The position numbers and the translations under genes are program-made. A DNA stretch of 64,000 nucleotides from positions 1,225-65,224 of the forward strand of contig JAQCFG010000001.1 in assembly GCA_027618255.1 (NCBI GenBank), given 5' to 3'. Below the pieces are notes generated by a model that saw nothing but the letters and a program-made list of their open reading frames with translations, was not told where the DNA came from and ran no database searches. Within the stretch, counting starts at the first letter, position 1, and every line of letters begins with the position of its first letter. Of this stretch, positions 50,391 to 59,494 are shown in pieces. The stretch is from Cyanobacteriota bacterium (GTDB lineage: Bacteria > Cyanobacteriota > Vampirovibrionia > LMEP-6097).

Positions 50391-50630
50391 ATGAAATATG
50401 TATATATTTTAGAAAGTAGAGACTTTAATGGTAAATTTTATGTAGGGTCAACTTACGACCTGAAAAAGAGATTACTTGACCATAATTCAAAGAATTCTGG
50501 CTATACACAAAAATATACACCGTGGCAACTAAAAAACTATTTTGCATTCTCATCACCAGAAAAAGCGAATGACTTTGAAACATATCTCAAATCAAGCTCA
50601 GGAAGAAGTTTTTCAAAGAAACATTTTTAA
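50391..50630 (+). CDS. GIY-YIG nuclease superfamily protein (YhbQ/UPF0213-like)
   Basis: MKYVYILESRDFNGKFYVGSTYDLKKRLLDHN carries the GIY-x10-YVG and R...H/E...N pattern. Confidence 0.6.
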   Translation: MKYVYILESRDFNGKFYVGSTYDLKKRLLDHNSKNSGYTQKYTPWQLKNYFAFSSPEKANDFETYLKSSSGRSFSKKHF

Positions 50631-50634
50631 TATC

Positions 50635-50868
50635 ATGCCTAAAGAAACTCTAAATTTAAAAAATACCCCTTGCCCAATCAATTTCGTTAGGACAAAGCTC
50701 AAACTCGATGAAATGCAAGCTGGTAATCAATTAAGCGTCTCGCTTGATGATGGCGAAGCAATCACGAGTGTAACGACCAGCATTCAAGAAGAAGGTCATA
50801 TCATTAAATCCAAGACTCAACAAGAAGATGGTTCTTGGTTGCTTGAAATTATTAAAACAGCTAGTTAA
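50635..50868 (+). CDS. TusA-like sulfurtransferase
   Basis: LKNTPCPINFVRTKLKLDEM carries the CPxP motif; the ATG at 50635 follows the GIY-YIG stop. Confidence 0.65.
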   Translation: MPKETLNLKNTPCPINFVRTKLKLDEMQAGNQLSVSLDDGEAITSVTTSIQEEGHIIKSKTQQEDGSWLLEIIKTAS

Positions 50869-51244
50869 ACTCAGGTCTAGCAACAATACTGTCAAAAAGC
50901 ACATTCGATTTAGGCTCTTCTTTCTTTGGCTCTTGATCATTCCAAAGTCTTTCTAGTTTGACTTTGTCTTCAACTGTCTTAGTGATATAACCTGTGACCA
51001 TAGCGCTATAGAGTATTTGTCGAAGAGCCGATTTGTGCGTGGTAATCATTGTTTCACCAAGCTCTTCAGGCATAGTACCAAGTAAAGCAGCTAGGCTTCC
51101 ACCAAAAAATTCTCCAGCTTCTTCACTTAAATCATCAGCAAGCTTGGTAAGCTCCTCTGTGTCTCTTTCAAGAAAAAATTTAAGTATAGGACCCATTTCC
51201 ACTTCAAATTTTTGTTTATTTATTCTTCTGTCGCCAAAATCCAT
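50861..51244 (-). CDS. Hypothetical acidic protein
   Basis: 127-aa ORF upstream of tpiA on the same strand. Confidence 0.35.
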   Translation of the reverse strand: MDFGDRRINKQKFEVEMGPILKFFLERDTEELTKLADDLSEEAGEFFGGSLAALLGTMPEELGETMITTHKSALRQILYSAMVTGYITKTVEDKVKLERLWNDQEPKKEEPKSNVLFDSIVARPEFN

Positions 51245-51298
51245 AGTTTGTTATATGATAGCACGGCATTACCAAAGAATGCTCTGATCTGTTAAAGC

Positions 51299-52093
51299 CT
51301 AAGCCACCGTCTTATTTGCTTCTTTGGCAGCGGATGCAACAAGCGCAGGAAACTCTGCAACTTGAATAGAAGCGCCGCCAACTAGAGCACCGTCAATATC
51401 AGACTGTCCCATAATCTCATCAATATTACTAGACTTAACTGAACCACCATAAAGGATGCTAGTAGCATCTGCTGTTGTTTGATTAAGTAGTTGAGCAAGC
51501 TTGCCGCGAATAACCTTGATGACACGATTGGCTTCAGCAGAATCGCAAACCTTGCCAGTACCAATTGCCCAAATCGGTTCATAAGCAATTGTAATTCTTG
51601 ATGCAAAATCATTTAGCTCAAGACCCTTGATGCCAGCTTCAATTTGACCAGCAACCCAAGCATCTGTTTCACCAGACTCTCTTGTTGCTTCAGACTCACC
51701 GCAACAAAGAATTACTTGAAGACCAGCTTCGATTCCAGTTTTAACTTTGGCGTTGATAGTTGCGTTATCTTCTGAGAAATGTTCTCTACGTTCAGAGTGA
51801 CCAACTAATACATGAGTGACTCCAATTTCTTTTAGCATCTCAGTGTTGATCTCACCAGTATAAGCGCCAGACTTGTGCTGACTACAATTTTGTGCACCAA
51901 GTGCAATCGTCAAACCTGATTCTTTAATCGCGTTTGCAGCTGCAGCCAAACTCGTAAAGGGCGGACAAACTAATGCTTGTACTTGCGTCAAATCATTTTG
52001 ATTTAATTTGCTACTCACTTCACTCAAAAAAGACTTGGTCTGGTCTTGAGTCATGTTTAGTTTCCAATTACCTGCGATTATTTTTTTTCTCAT
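51299..52093 (-). CDS. tpiA: Triosephosphate isomerase
   Basis: IIAGNWKLN, GHSERR and AYEPIWAIGTG motifs. Confidence 0.9.
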   Translation of the reverse strand: MRKKIIAGNWKLNMTQDQTKSFLSEVSSKLNQNDLTQVQALVCPPFTSLAAAANAIKESGLTIALGAQNCSQHKSGAYTGEINTEMLKEIGVTHVLVGHSERREHFSEDNATINAKVKTGIEAGLQVILCCGESEATRESGETDAWVAGQIEAGIKGLELNDFASRITIAYEPIWAIGTGKVCDSAEANRVIKVIRGKLAQLLNQTTADATSILYGGSVKSSNIDEIMGQSDIDGALVGGASIQVAEFPALVASAAKEANKTVA

Positions 52094-52344
52094 AGTGCAG
52101 ACAATATTAGCAACAAACTAACTAGATCTGATCGACCTGTACATCGAAACTTCGTTTCGAAACATGTCTAAAGTATTGCTTACAAAAGAATTGACAAAAA
52201 CATATTTATTTCTTATAAGAAATTTTCAATTGAAATAAATTCCAAAGTATATACAGATAACTTCAAAAGATTTAAAAATGTTCCGAGAATCTATTGACGG
52301 CCCGGGCCTATGGTATTAAGATTTTTAATATCAGGAACAAAAAT

Positions 52345-52989
52345 ATGAGATTAGATTTTTCAGAAAGCACAGATTTAGAGATAGTAGAACTTTGTCAGAT
52401 AGGAAAGAAAGAAGCTTTTAAGGAACTCGTCAAGAGATACCAAAAAAATGTTTTTGCTCTTTTATATCAACTGGCGCCAGAGTGGAGAGACCTCAATGAC
52501 TTATCCCAAGAGGTTTTCATTAGAGTTTATAGAGGAGTACACAATCTTCGCAACCCTAAGATCTTCAAATCATGGCTAAACCAAATTGTATTGAATTTAT
52601 TTTACGATGAGCTTCGCAAAAGACCACGTCGCGTCAAAACGGTAAGCATGGATCAAACTTATGAAGATGATAGTGGTGAGAACGAATTCATTAGAGAAGT
52701 TAGAGATCTCAAGCAAAAACCTGATGAAATCATCAGTAGCAACGAAACTAAGAACGCTATCAAAAAAGCAATGGCTCAATTACCGGAACAGTTCAGAACG
52801 GCAATCGTCTTGAGAGAACTACAGGGTCTGCAATACGAGGAGATCGCCGAATTACTCGGATGCGCTCTAGGCACTGTAAAATCGAGGATTTGGCGTGCAA
52901 GAGAAAGATTACAGGTATTACTTGAACCATTTTTACAAGAGGCTGGCTATTTTCATGCAGACGGCGGATTTCAGTCAAACGCGTTCTAA
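52345..52989 (+). CDS. ECF-type RNA polymerase sigma factor
   Basis: Region 2 (EVFIRVYRGVHNLRNP) and region 4 (RTAIVLRELQGLQYEEIAELLGCALGTVKSRIWRARERL) are present. The ATG at 52345 has an AGGAA Shine-Dalgarno. Confidence 0.75.
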   Translation: MRLDFSESTDLEIVELCQIGKKEAFKELVKRYQKNVFALLYQLAPEWRDLNDLSQEVFIRVYRGVHNLRNPKIFKSWLNQIVLNLFYDELRKRPRRVKTVSMDQTYEDDSGENEFIREVRDLKQKPDEIISSNETKNAIKKAMAQLPEQFRTAIVLRELQGLQYEEIAELLGCALGTVKSRIWRARERLQVLLEPFLQEAGYFHADGGFQSNAF

Positions 52990-53099
52990 CAGAGTTCTTT
53001 CTAAGCCATTTATGGATTCAACAGAACTCTACCAAAGAGCTTGTAACCAGGTAGCTAAAGCCACTAGGACCAGCTAATAGAGTATAATTAAGCCAGGTA

Positions 53100-53840
53100 T
53101 TGATACCTGGCTATTGTTTTTACATGATTGACAAAGAAGATAAAACCAAAAACAAAGACTCCAAGGACAGAAAGCCCGATGAGATCATTGAATTATTAAC
53201 TAATTTTTATGAACCTGAGGATTTAGAAATAGAAGAGTTTGATTTATTCTTTGACTCCATTGAACAAAAACTAGAAGATCAAAATCCAGTAAACAGAATT
53301 TCCAAGATTAGTGATCAAATTGAAACCAATATTAATCTTCGCGAACAAAAATTAGCCCAACTACTTAGAAGACTCGATCAAAAGAAAAATACCAGTCAAG
53401 TGAAAAAATCTAAGAAGTTGAAATTGAAACCTATTATCGCAATCGTGGTGATTTTACTGCTCATTACCTTAGCAAGTATTGCAAGAATCAACAATACTCA
53501 AAACTATAATTACATTAGCCTTGAAGGCGAGAATCTTGATTGGCAAAGTCTCAATCTAAACGAGACTCAAAAAACTCAACTTGAAGCAATCGATAACGAA
53601 TGGTTAGCGTTTAAAAGCAGTGAAGAGACTCTCATTGAAAGCAGAAGAACAAAACTAGTTACTGAGATGAACGCAAGTTCTCCTGACTTCTTGCAAATAG
53701 ATAAATACCAAAGAGAGATACTTGACCACGAGGTTATGCTCAAGCGTCAAAAACTAAACACTTTTCTTGAAAAACGTTTTATTCTTAATGAAGAACAGAG
53801 TCTTCAATTAATTAGAGAGATTGGTAAGCAAGCTAAATAG
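53100..53840 (+). CDS. Putative anti-sigma factor: a single-pass membrane, coiled-coil protein
   Basis: Located directly downstream of the ECF sigma gene; one transmembrane helix IIAIVVILLLITLASIA; called by position only. Confidence 0.35.
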   Translation: MIPGYCFYMIDKEDKTKNKDSKDRKPDEIIELLTNFYEPEDLEIEEFDLFFDSIEQKLEDQNPVNRISKISDQIETNINLREQKLAQLLRRLDQKKNTSQVKKSKKLKLKPIIAIVVILLLITLASIARINNTQNYNYISLEGENLDWQSLNLNETQKTQLEAIDNEWLAFKSSEETLIESRRTKLVTEMNASSPDFLQIDKYQREILDHEVMLKRQKLNTFLEKRFILNEEQSLQLIREIGKQAK

Positions 53841-55077
53841 CCTTCAAAGCAACAAAAATCATATCAGACTGATCTTCCTTCAACAAAGCCTTGATCTCAG
53901 GATAGGCTCTCAGCGTTTGCGCGCCGAATAATCTAATCACATGGTCATTCTCAGAAAGCAAAGCCAATTCTTCATTAAAAAACTCAAGTGAATAATTCTT
54001 AGGGTCAATCAAATTACGCTCTCCGCTTAATTTAATCCCCAAAATGTTCTGCGACTCGTTTCTATTAAGTGCAAACTCAACTTGATGAATTCTTTCCATG
54101 TAATTAAACAAGGAGGTATATTCTTCCGAGACTTGTTTTTCTTTGTTTAAGACATAGGCTTGAGTAGTTAAGAACTGTTGGTTCTTGGCTTTAAAGAAAT
54201 CCAAAAGAGCTTTCTTGACAACAAAAATCTCCATAATAAAATTGACCGGCTCTAATGGCTTATCAAACTGCGCTAACAAGTCCTCTAGTGATTTAATTTC
54301 TCCTGCCTGCCCCTTAAGTACAAAACCCTTGCCTTCATAGTCACTGATCTCAATAGCTTTGTTGGCACTAAAATAAGCATGGATCAAATGATTGATATCA
54401 AACTCATTTACAAATACCGGTTGGTAGATCTTTACTGTTGGCGGGCGATCAAACTGCTTAATAAACAACTTGGCAGCGTCTACCTGGTCTTGATCACCAA
54501 AAAGAATAATCGAATTTTTGCTGGGATCAAGAACGGCATTCGGTTTATTACGACTAGGATCCTGAGTAATCAGTAAATGCTCAAAAAGAATCTCATTCAA
54601 TGCTTGGACGATTTTTCCAGCTGAATAATAAGTAACGGGAACTGATTCAAAAAACTGTCCTAGACCTTGCTTAGATGAGACGATTAAACTATTAGCCTTG
54701 AATTGATAACTTAGTCCGGCAAGCTCAATAACATCTTCGATTGCATCAATCACTCGCTGTTCATGAATGGTAATTGTTAGTTTACGATCATACTTCTCTG
54801 GCAAAACCACATTGAAATCAGCCTGCCTTGCCAAAACCAAAAGTATCTTAGAAAGCTCAGTTTCAAAGAAAGAGAAGTTGACCGACATTGTTAGCTTGGG
54901 ATTATTAGCATGTGGTGTTTTAAAGAAAGACTCATCAACTGGTTGAGCTTTAAAAGCAGTTGCTGCTTGAACTGGCATCATCACGCTTAAAACCAAAGCT
55001 GAACTTATTAAAACAAGAGCACTAGATTGCTTGAGCCTCAGGGCTTGGGATTCTGCCCATATCAAAACATTGCGCAT
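53833..55077 (-). CDS. Secreted hypothetical protein
   Basis: 414 aa with an N-terminal hydrophobic signal ALVLISSALVLSVMMPVQA. Confidence 0.4.
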   Translation of the reverse strand: MRNVLIWAESQALRLKQSSALVLISSALVLSVMMPVQAATAFKAQPVDESFFKTPHANNPKLTMSVNFSFFETELSKILLVLARQADFNVVLPEKYDRKLTITIHEQRVIDAIEDVIELAGLSYQFKANSLIVSSKQGLGQFFESVPVTYYSAGKIVQALNEILFEHLLITQDPSRNKPNAVLDPSKNSIILFGDQDQVDAAKLFIKQFDRPPTVKIYQPVFVNEFDINHLIHAYFSANKAIEISDYEGKGFVLKGQAGEIKSLEDLLAQFDKPLEPVNFIMEIFVVKKALLDFFKAKNQQFLTTQAYVLNKEKQVSEEYTSLFNYMERIHQVEFALNRNESQNILGIKLSGERNLIDPKNYSLEFFNEELALLSENDHVIRLFGAQTLRAYPEIKALLKEDQSDMIFVALKAI

Positions 55078-55100
55078 GCTCTTTATACTATAATAGTGCT

Positions 55101-56729
55101 ATGTCTAAGTCAATTGAAGAGTTAAAAACAGAGGTCGGCGGATTAGAGGTTTGGTCACATATCGAAGAAGCGTCCAAGATTGGATACCAGGCAGTCAATC
55201 CTGACTTAGTTCCACTTTTTAAGTGGTATGGAATTTACGCACAAAAACCAAATGCAGAGGGTTACTTTATGATGCGTATCAAAGTACCGGGCGGCAAGCT
55301 TACGGCAAATCAACTTCGCACAATAAACGATCTAACCGAAAGATACGCTAGAGGAGTTGCTGATATTACAACAAGACAAGCCGTACAACTTCATTGGCTC
55401 AGAATTGAAGACATGCCAACTATTCTTCAAGAGCTCAAAGCAGTCGGTATGGATACTGCTGGTGGCTGCGGTGACATTTTGCGCAATGTAACAGGTTGCC
55501 CGCTTGCTGGACTTATTGAAGATGAAATTTTTGACGCTAGTAATGATCTTGTTGCAATAGATTCATACTTCACTCGCAACAAAGACTTTGCCAACCTACC
55601 ACGCAAGTACAAAATGACAGTAACTGGCTGCACTTCTTGGTGCTCGCAACCAGATATCAACTGTATTGCCCTCGTTGGAGTCAAACATCCAAAGACAGGC
55701 GAACTTGGCTACGGACTCAAAATGGGTGGTGGACTCAGTACTAAACCGATGATCTCACGCAATTTTCCAGTTTTTGTACCACGTGACAAAGCCAAAGAAG
55801 TCACAATCGCTGCAACCAAGGTTTATAGAGACAATGGCTTTAGAGACAAACGCCACAAAGCCAGAATTAAATTTCTTATCGAAGACTGGGGAGTTGATAA
55901 ATTTCTTGAAGCAATAGAAGCAGAGCTTGGTTACTCTCTTGAAAGAGTTGAACTAATTAGAACAATGGAAACGGGCGCACCTGAATACTTCCCTAGCCCC
56001 AAAGTCTCTCACCAAGATCATCTTGGCATCAACAAACTCAAGAATGGCCACTATGCTGTGGGCTTAGCTTTTGTTAGTGGCAGATCTTACTCTCCTGACT
56101 TTGCAAATATCGCCAGCTTGATTGAAAAATATTGCAAAGATGGTGAAGCTAGAACAACCAATAAACAAAACCTAATCATTGTTAATGTACTTGAATCCAA
56201 ACTCAATGACTTAATTAAAGAAGCGCAAGAACTAGGACTAAAAACCGAACACTCTGCCTTTACGCAATTGGGTGTAGCTTGTACCGGCACTGAATTTTGC
56301 AACCTGGCGATAGTTGAAACCAAGACCAAGGCCAAAAAACTTTTTGATTATTTAGATAAAGAATTTCCCGGCTTCGCGATAAATGGCAAAGCTGAGGATA
56401 AGTCTCAAGAGCTCATGATTTCGGTAACTGGCTGCCCAAACAACTGCGCCCAATACTCTATAGCCGATATCGGTTTAGTTGGCGCCAAAATCAAAACCGA
56501 CTCAGGCGAGATGCTTGACGCATTTAGAATATTTCTGGGTGGCAGACTTGGTAATAATGCACAATTTGGTAAAGCACTGGACGGAAGATTTTTACATGCA
56601 GACATAGATGTCACCTTGTCAAAGCTGCTACAATACTATACAAAGCACAAAAAAGAAAACGAATTTTTCAGAGATTTTGTCGACCGTATTGGCACCGTGG
56701 CCATTCAATCCGAGGCACTTGCTCAATGA
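55101..56729 (+). CDS. sir: Ferredoxin-type sulfite (or nitrite) reductase, siroheme/4Fe-4S
   Basis: Two NIR_SIR ferredoxin-like half-domains; VTGCPNNCAQ and ACTGTEFCNLA cluster motifs; the stop overlaps the cysH start. Confidence 0.75.
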   Translation: MSKSIEELKTEVGGLEVWSHIEEASKIGYQAVNPDLVPLFKWYGIYAQKPNAEGYFMMRIKVPGGKLTANQLRTINDLTERYARGVADITTRQAVQLHWLRIEDMPTILQELKAVGMDTAGGCGDILRNVTGCPLAGLIEDEIFDASNDLVAIDSYFTRNKDFANLPRKYKMTVTGCTSWCSQPDINCIALVGVKHPKTGELGYGLKMGGGLSTKPMISRNFPVFVPRDKAKEVTIAATKVYRDNGFRDKRHKARIKFLIEDWGVDKFLEAIEAELGYSLERVELIRTMETGAPEYFPSPKVSHQDHLGINKLKNGHYAVGLAFVSGRSYSPDFANIASLIEKYCKDGEARTTNKQNLIIVNVLESKLNDLIKEAQELGLKTEHSAFTQLGVACTGTEFCNLAIVETKTKAKKLFDYLDKEFPGFAINGKAEDKSQELMISVTGCPNNCAQYSIADIGLVGAKIKTDSGEMLDAFRIFLGGRLGNNAQFGKALDGRFLHADIDVTLSKLLQYYTKHKKENEFFRDFVDRIGTVAIQSEALAQ

Positions 56730-57508
56730 CAATCCCAGACTGGCAAGAACTAGGTTTGGACTTTGAAGAAAAAAGCTCAAAAGCTTTGGAATTTGCATTA
56801 AGTGAATTACTTAAGCAAGGAGATATCATTTTCTTAACTGCTTTTGGTTCCGAGGGTTGCATCATATTTAAGATGATTGCAGACCTTATCAATCAAGGAC
56901 AATTGGACAAAACAATGTTGGTAGAAGACCTCGACGAGCTCAAACAAGAAGCCAGCCACGGTAGATTAGCTATCGTCAACTTGGATACTGGTTATCAATT
57001 TAAAGAAACTCTTGAACTCAAAGACAAACTTGAAACCAAATATGGACTCAAGGTTATTATGCTTGAGCCCAAACATAGCGTCAGTGAACAAGACGAAGAA
57101 TATGGCAAGGATTTATTCAAAACCGATCCTGATCAATGCTGCTACATGCGCAAGCTAGTACCACTCTCCAATCTTTTACAAAACAAACTTGCATGGATTA
57201 CTTCTATTCGTCGTGAGCAAAGTTCTCATCGTGCCAGCGCTTTAGCTTTTGAATACGACAAAAAATTCAAACTAGGTAAAATCAATCCTCTAATCAAGTG
57301 GACCAAGTCTGATGTCTGGAAATATATTCACGAAAATCAAATACCTTATAACTTACTTTTGGATCAGGGTTATGACAGTATTGGCTGCGAACCTTGTACT
57401 AGTCCCGGAGAGGGGCGCAAAGGACGCTGGGCAGGACAAGACAAAATCGAGTGCGGTTTACATATTCAAGAAGAAGAGATGGAACAAGGAGGAGAGTTTA
57501 CAATCTAA
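56726..57508 (+). CDS. cysH: Phosphoadenosine phosphosulfate (PAPS/APS) reductase
   Basis: CCYMRKLVPL and C-terminal ECGLH motifs. Confidence 0.8.
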   Translation: MTIPDWQELGLDFEEKSSKALEFALSELLKQGDIIFLTAFGSEGCIIFKMIADLINQGQLDKTMLVEDLDELKQEASHGRLAIVNLDTGYQFKETLELKDKLETKYGLKVIMLEPKHSVSEQDEEYGKDLFKTDPDQCCYMRKLVPLSNLLQNKLAWITSIRREQSSHRASALAFEYDKKFKLGKINPLIKWTKSDVWKYIHENQIPYNLLLDQGYDSIGCEPCTSPGEGRKGRWAGQDKIECGLHIQEEEMEQGGEFTI

Positions 57509-57514
57509 ACCAAA

Positions 57515-58150
57515 ATGTCACAAAACAAACTATATCCAATATTTCTCAAACTTGAAAACAAAAAAGTCCTCATTGTTGGTGGTGGCTTGATTGCCTTACA
57601 AAAACTAGTGGGCTTACTCAATACAGATGCAGCGATCACAGTACTAGCTCCAACTATTATTAATGAGCTTTATGCCTGCAAAGGAGTGTTTCCCGATATT
57701 AGACATATTAAATTCATAGAGCGAGAATATGAACTTGGAGACGAAAAGGATTTCGATCTAGTAATTGCAGCGACAGACATCAACGAACTCAATAATACAA
57801 TTGCTAATCGTTGTCGCGATCAATTGATACTAGTCAACTCAGTTGATCAAATGGATTACTGTGATTTTTACGTACCGAGCATCGTTGATTCAGGCGATGT
57901 CAAAATCGCAATTAGCACCAATGGCAAAGCTCCTGCTATTGCCCAAAAACTCAGACTCGAGCTTGAAAGAAACCTAGACAATGGTTTTCAAGATCTTGTT
58001 ACTAAGGTCTCAGAATTTCGCACTAAGGTCAAAAAGAAATTCAGCAAGGACTCAGACTCAAGACGTCGCATGAAACTGGTTTGCTGGTACACCGATAGAG
58101 AATGGTCAAAATTTCAAAACAAGGAGAGAGTCAATGTTTATCAATACTAA
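57515..58150 (+). CDS. sirC: Precorrin-2 dehydrogenase / sirohydrochlorin ferrochelatase (SirC/Met8-like)
   Basis: KVLIVGGGLIALQKL Rossmann motif; position within the siroheme/sulfate operon. Confidence 0.65.
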   Translation: MSQNKLYPIFLKLENKKVLIVGGGLIALQKLVGLLNTDAAITVLAPTIINELYACKGVFPDIRHIKFIEREYELGDEKDFDLVIAATDINELNNTIANRCRDQLILVNSVDQMDYCDFYVPSIVDSGDVKIAISTNGKAPAIAQKLRLELERNLDNGFQDLVTKVSEFRTKVKKKFSKDSDSRRRMKLVCWYTDREWSKFQNKERVNVYQY

Positions 58151-58163
58151 CAATCTAGATACA

Positions 58164-59129
58164 ATGAAAAGAAAGACTCAAGCCATGCTTAGCTTGGTTG
58201 GTGCTGGTCCTGGTGATCCTGAGTTGATTTCAATTAAAGCCCTCAAAACCATCCAAAAAGCCGATGTGATTCTTTATGACTCACTGGTAAATCCACAAGT
58301 CTTCAATTTGGCTTTTGAGAATTTCGATCCTTATAACAAAACTAAATGGATCGACAGTATTGATCTTGCACCAGATGATTTTGACAGCTCAGTAATTTAT
58401 GAATGGCTCAATGAACAAAACCAAGAGCTTGATCTTTTGAGTCCGAGTAATAGACGTGAAGCAAAGCAACCAAGCAAAAGTAGATACCCGGAGTTGATTT
58501 TTGTCGGCAAGCGCAAGGGACACAAATCAGTCAAACAAGAAGATATCAACAACCTGATTCTTGATAGGCTCAAAGCCGGTCAGCATGTACTCAGACTCAA
58601 AGGTGGTGATCCATTTATTTTTGCAAGAGGAGTAGAAGAGCTTGAAATTGCAAAAGACAATGGCTATGACTATCAAGTCATTCCCGGCTTAACAAGTGGT
58701 CTTGCCGTGCCAGTGTCACGTGCGATTTCACTCACTCGCAGGGGGCAAAGTGATTCTGTCACTCTTGTGACCGGGCATGAAATAGATGAACTGAAACTAG
58801 AAACCTGGGCAAGAATTCTTGACTCTGGTTCGACCCTCATCGTTTATATGGGTCTTAGTAATGTCGTGCAAATTCTTAGAGGACTCAAAAAGAACCTGGA
58901 CACAGATATGCCAGCACTTGCAATACACAACGGTACACTCGAAAACGAAATAGTAGTTACCAGTAATCTCCAATCTTTGGCTCAGGATATGATTAACCAT
59001 GGCATCAAATCACCAGCCATCTTGATATTTGGCAAATATATTAACCCCGATCTCAAAATCAAGATAGCCAATGAACTCAGCAAGATAAAGCCAGAGGACA
59101 AGCTGGAAACTGTTTGGACGGCTCATTAA
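58164..59129 (+). CDS. cobA: Uroporphyrinogen-III C-methyltransferase
   Basis: LVGAGPGDPELISIKAL and VLRLKGGDPFIF motifs. The ATG at 58164 avoids an overlap with sirC. Confidence 0.8.
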   Translation: MKRKTQAMLSLVGAGPGDPELISIKALKTIQKADVILYDSLVNPQVFNLAFENFDPYNKTKWIDSIDLAPDDFDSSVIYEWLNEQNQELDLLSPSNRREAKQPSKSRYPELIFVGKRKGHKSVKQEDINNLILDRLKAGQHVLRLKGGDPFIFARGVEELEIAKDNGYDYQVIPGLTSGLAVPVSRAISLTRRGQSDSVTLVTGHEIDELKLETWARILDSGSTLIVYMGLSNVVQILRGLKKNLDTDMPALAIHNGTLENEIVVTSNLQSLAQDMINHGIKSPAILIFGKYINPDLKIKIANELSKIKPEDKLETVWTAH

Positions 59130-59167
59130 TTTAGTTAAAAAGCTATAAAGTTTTGCCATGAATTTAA

Positions 59168-59265
59168 TCGTCTCTGGGTTCAATTCCCCGCAGCTTGCTG
59201 CGCAAAAGGGAAGTCGCAGGAAACCGTAGGTTTCTTGCTGAGGGGAATTAAACCTAGAATGACGA
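59168..59265. mobile_element. MITE-like ~98-bp element with 22-24 bp terminal inverted repeats, inserted into the dispersed repeat
   Basis: The termini tcgtctctgggttcaattcccc and ggggaattaaacctagaatgacga are imperfect reverse complements. The element sits exactly where the two halves of the repeat are contiguous in the 42.5 kb copy. Confidence 0.5.
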
Positions 59266-59351
59266 TTAAAAAAACAAAAAAAATCATATCGAGTGCTCTG
59301 GTGTTTATATGGTGGACTGGAGATTAGCTAAGCACTCGATTAAATGTAGAT

Positions 59352-59381
59352 ACCCCTAGGCTTGCCTAGGGGTTCTTCATT
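59352..59381 (+). terminator. Intrinsic terminator-like hairpin (cccctagg-cttg-cctagggg followed by ttcttcatttt)
   Basis: 8-bp GC-rich stem plus a T-rich tract, downstream of cobA. Confidence 0.45.
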
Positions 59382-59494
59382 TTACTCGGCTGCAAGCAAC
59401 CGGGTTTTCACTACATTCGGAATAAACAGTGAGTTATTTGTATAAAAATTATTAACATGATGATTCTACCAGCTGATCTTGATAGAATTAGTCT

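Larger units (their letters stand above)
59145..59425. repeat. Second copy of the dispersed intergenic repeat, split by a ~220-nt insertion
   Basis: The left half 59145..59167 and right half 59386..59425 match the copy at 42493..42559. Confidence 0.7.
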
